The notes beneath the pieces were generated by a model. The model ran no database searches and had not been told where the DNA came from. It saw nothing but the letters and a program-made list of their open reading frames with translations. DNA of 64,000 nucleotides from positions 2,128 to 66,127 of the forward strand of contig JALOKP010000017.1 in NCBI GenBank assembly GCA_025456425.1, in the 5' to 3' direction. The DNA comes from Acidobacteriota bacterium. Its GTDB lineage: Bacteria; Acidobacteriota; Polarisedimenticolia; J045. Below, in pieces: positions 63,145-64,000 of this stretch. Position 1 is the stretch's first letter, and every line of letters begins with the position of its first letter. The position numbers were made by a program, and so were the translations under genes.

Positions 63145-63989
63145 TACCGCTTTCCGTCCTTGGTCGTGACCCGCACCTTCTCGACCGTCGCCGGGACGCG
63201 GTAGATGAACACGCGCGGCTTCATGAAGACCTGCGCGCAGACCTGCCCCGTGTCGGGATAGAGCTCCTCGAGCAGGAACTCGGCCTCCTGCGGCGACGCC
63301 AGCTTCGACTCCAGCACCCGCGTGCTGCGGCAGCCGTTCTCCCGGGCCCGACCCGTCAGGACCACGACCCGGAACCGGGTGAAGTCGACCGGCTCGGCGC
63401 GGTGCTCGACGTTGAGCTTCTTCATCATGGCGCGGTAGGACGCGTCGTCGGTCAGGATCTTCGAGCCCGCGGCCTCGTCCCACGCGCTCTCGAGCAGCAG
63501 CACCGGGGTCTCGACCGCCTCGCGCACCTGCACCGAGTCCGGGGCGGGGCAGGCGATCGGCACCTCCTTGGCGTTGACCTGCGCCTTCTTCACATAGCGG
63601 CTGACGGTCAGCACCCAGGCGGCGGGGGGCCGCTCCCCGGGCGGGCAGACGCAACCCTCCGGGACCACCGACTCCTCGATCGTGATCGTGGCGCTCGAGC
63701 TGCGGGTCGAGACCTCGGTCAGCGCCGACTCGCGGCAGGCGTTCTCGCGCGGGCGCCCGGTCACCACCAGCACGGTGCGCTCGAGAATGTCGGGGGCCGC
63801 CCCGGCGAACGCGGGATCGAGCCGGGCCAGCGCGTCCGACAGCCCCGCCGTGTCGCGGAAGACCTGTACCCCGGGCTCGCCCCCGGGGAGGCTCCCCTTG
63901 TAGACCACCTCGGGCTCGGGGGCGCCGAACAGACCGAAGAGCGGCAGCGCCACGGCCAGCGGCGCGGCGCAATGCGTGAGGAACGCCAT
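63144..63989 (-). CDS. Secreted protein with two tandem PrcB-C-terminal-like domains
   Basis: Internal duplication VLVVTGRPRENAC...E..PEGCVC and VVVLTGRARENGC...EE.YPDTGQVCAQV, plus VDF. Confidence 0.6.
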   Translation of the reverse strand: MAFLTHCAAPLAVALPLFGLFGAPEPEVVYKGSLPGGEPGVQVFRDTAGLSDALARLDPAFAGAAPDILERTVLVVTGRPRENACRESALTEVSTRSSSATITIEESVVPEGCVCPPGERPPAAWVLTVSRYVKKAQVNAKEVPIACPAPDSVQVREAVETPVLLLESAWDEAAGSKILTDDASYRAMMKKLNVEHRAEPVDFTRFRVVVLTGRARENGCRSTRVLESKLASPQEAEFLLEELYPDTGQVCAQVFMKPRVFIYRVPATVEKVRVTTKDGKR

Positions 63990-64000
63990 CTTTCGTACTC

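Overview
This is a very GC-rich, gene-dense chromosomal window from a diderm bacterium. An Acidobacteriota-like origin is my inference from gene content and the tmRNA tag. From left to right it holds: (1) a lipid-modification operon (membrane desaturase, a disrupted COG2907 FAD oxidoreductase, DUF1365, DUF2878); (2) an incomplete aryl-polyene/xanthomonadin-like type II PKS cluster interrupted by a large secreted PKD/Fn3 protein; (3) usp and tmRNA; (4) a flagellar motor and regulatory operon (fliN-like, flhF, flhG, fliA, fliM, fliN, flgM, fliW, csrA, motA, motB, fliL) with sigma54 and sigma28 promoters; (5) a stand-alone bacterial histone-fold gene with a Lys-rich N-terminal tail; (6) a TMTC-like glycosyltransferase, an ECF/anti-sigma/Spy module, cobalamin salvage genes and pldA; (7) a DUF1800/DUF1501 pair, a CYTH-murU-amgK-like operon and an acyl-ACP desaturase; (8) a cassette of a giant M4 protease, an ECF sigma factor and a Ser/Thr kinase, flanked by apparent gene remnants; (9) dinB, a GT-C glycosyltransferase, adh, lipA, a GIY-YIG nuclease and fadL. 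Two copies of a REP/REPIN-like palindromic element lie 50 kb apart. The top candidates are the tailed histone, the palindromic element family, and a stator with Na+(/K+)-type signatures. No CRISPR array, rRNA, tRNA, integrase or transposase was seen. All calls come from reading motifs by eye; no database search was run.
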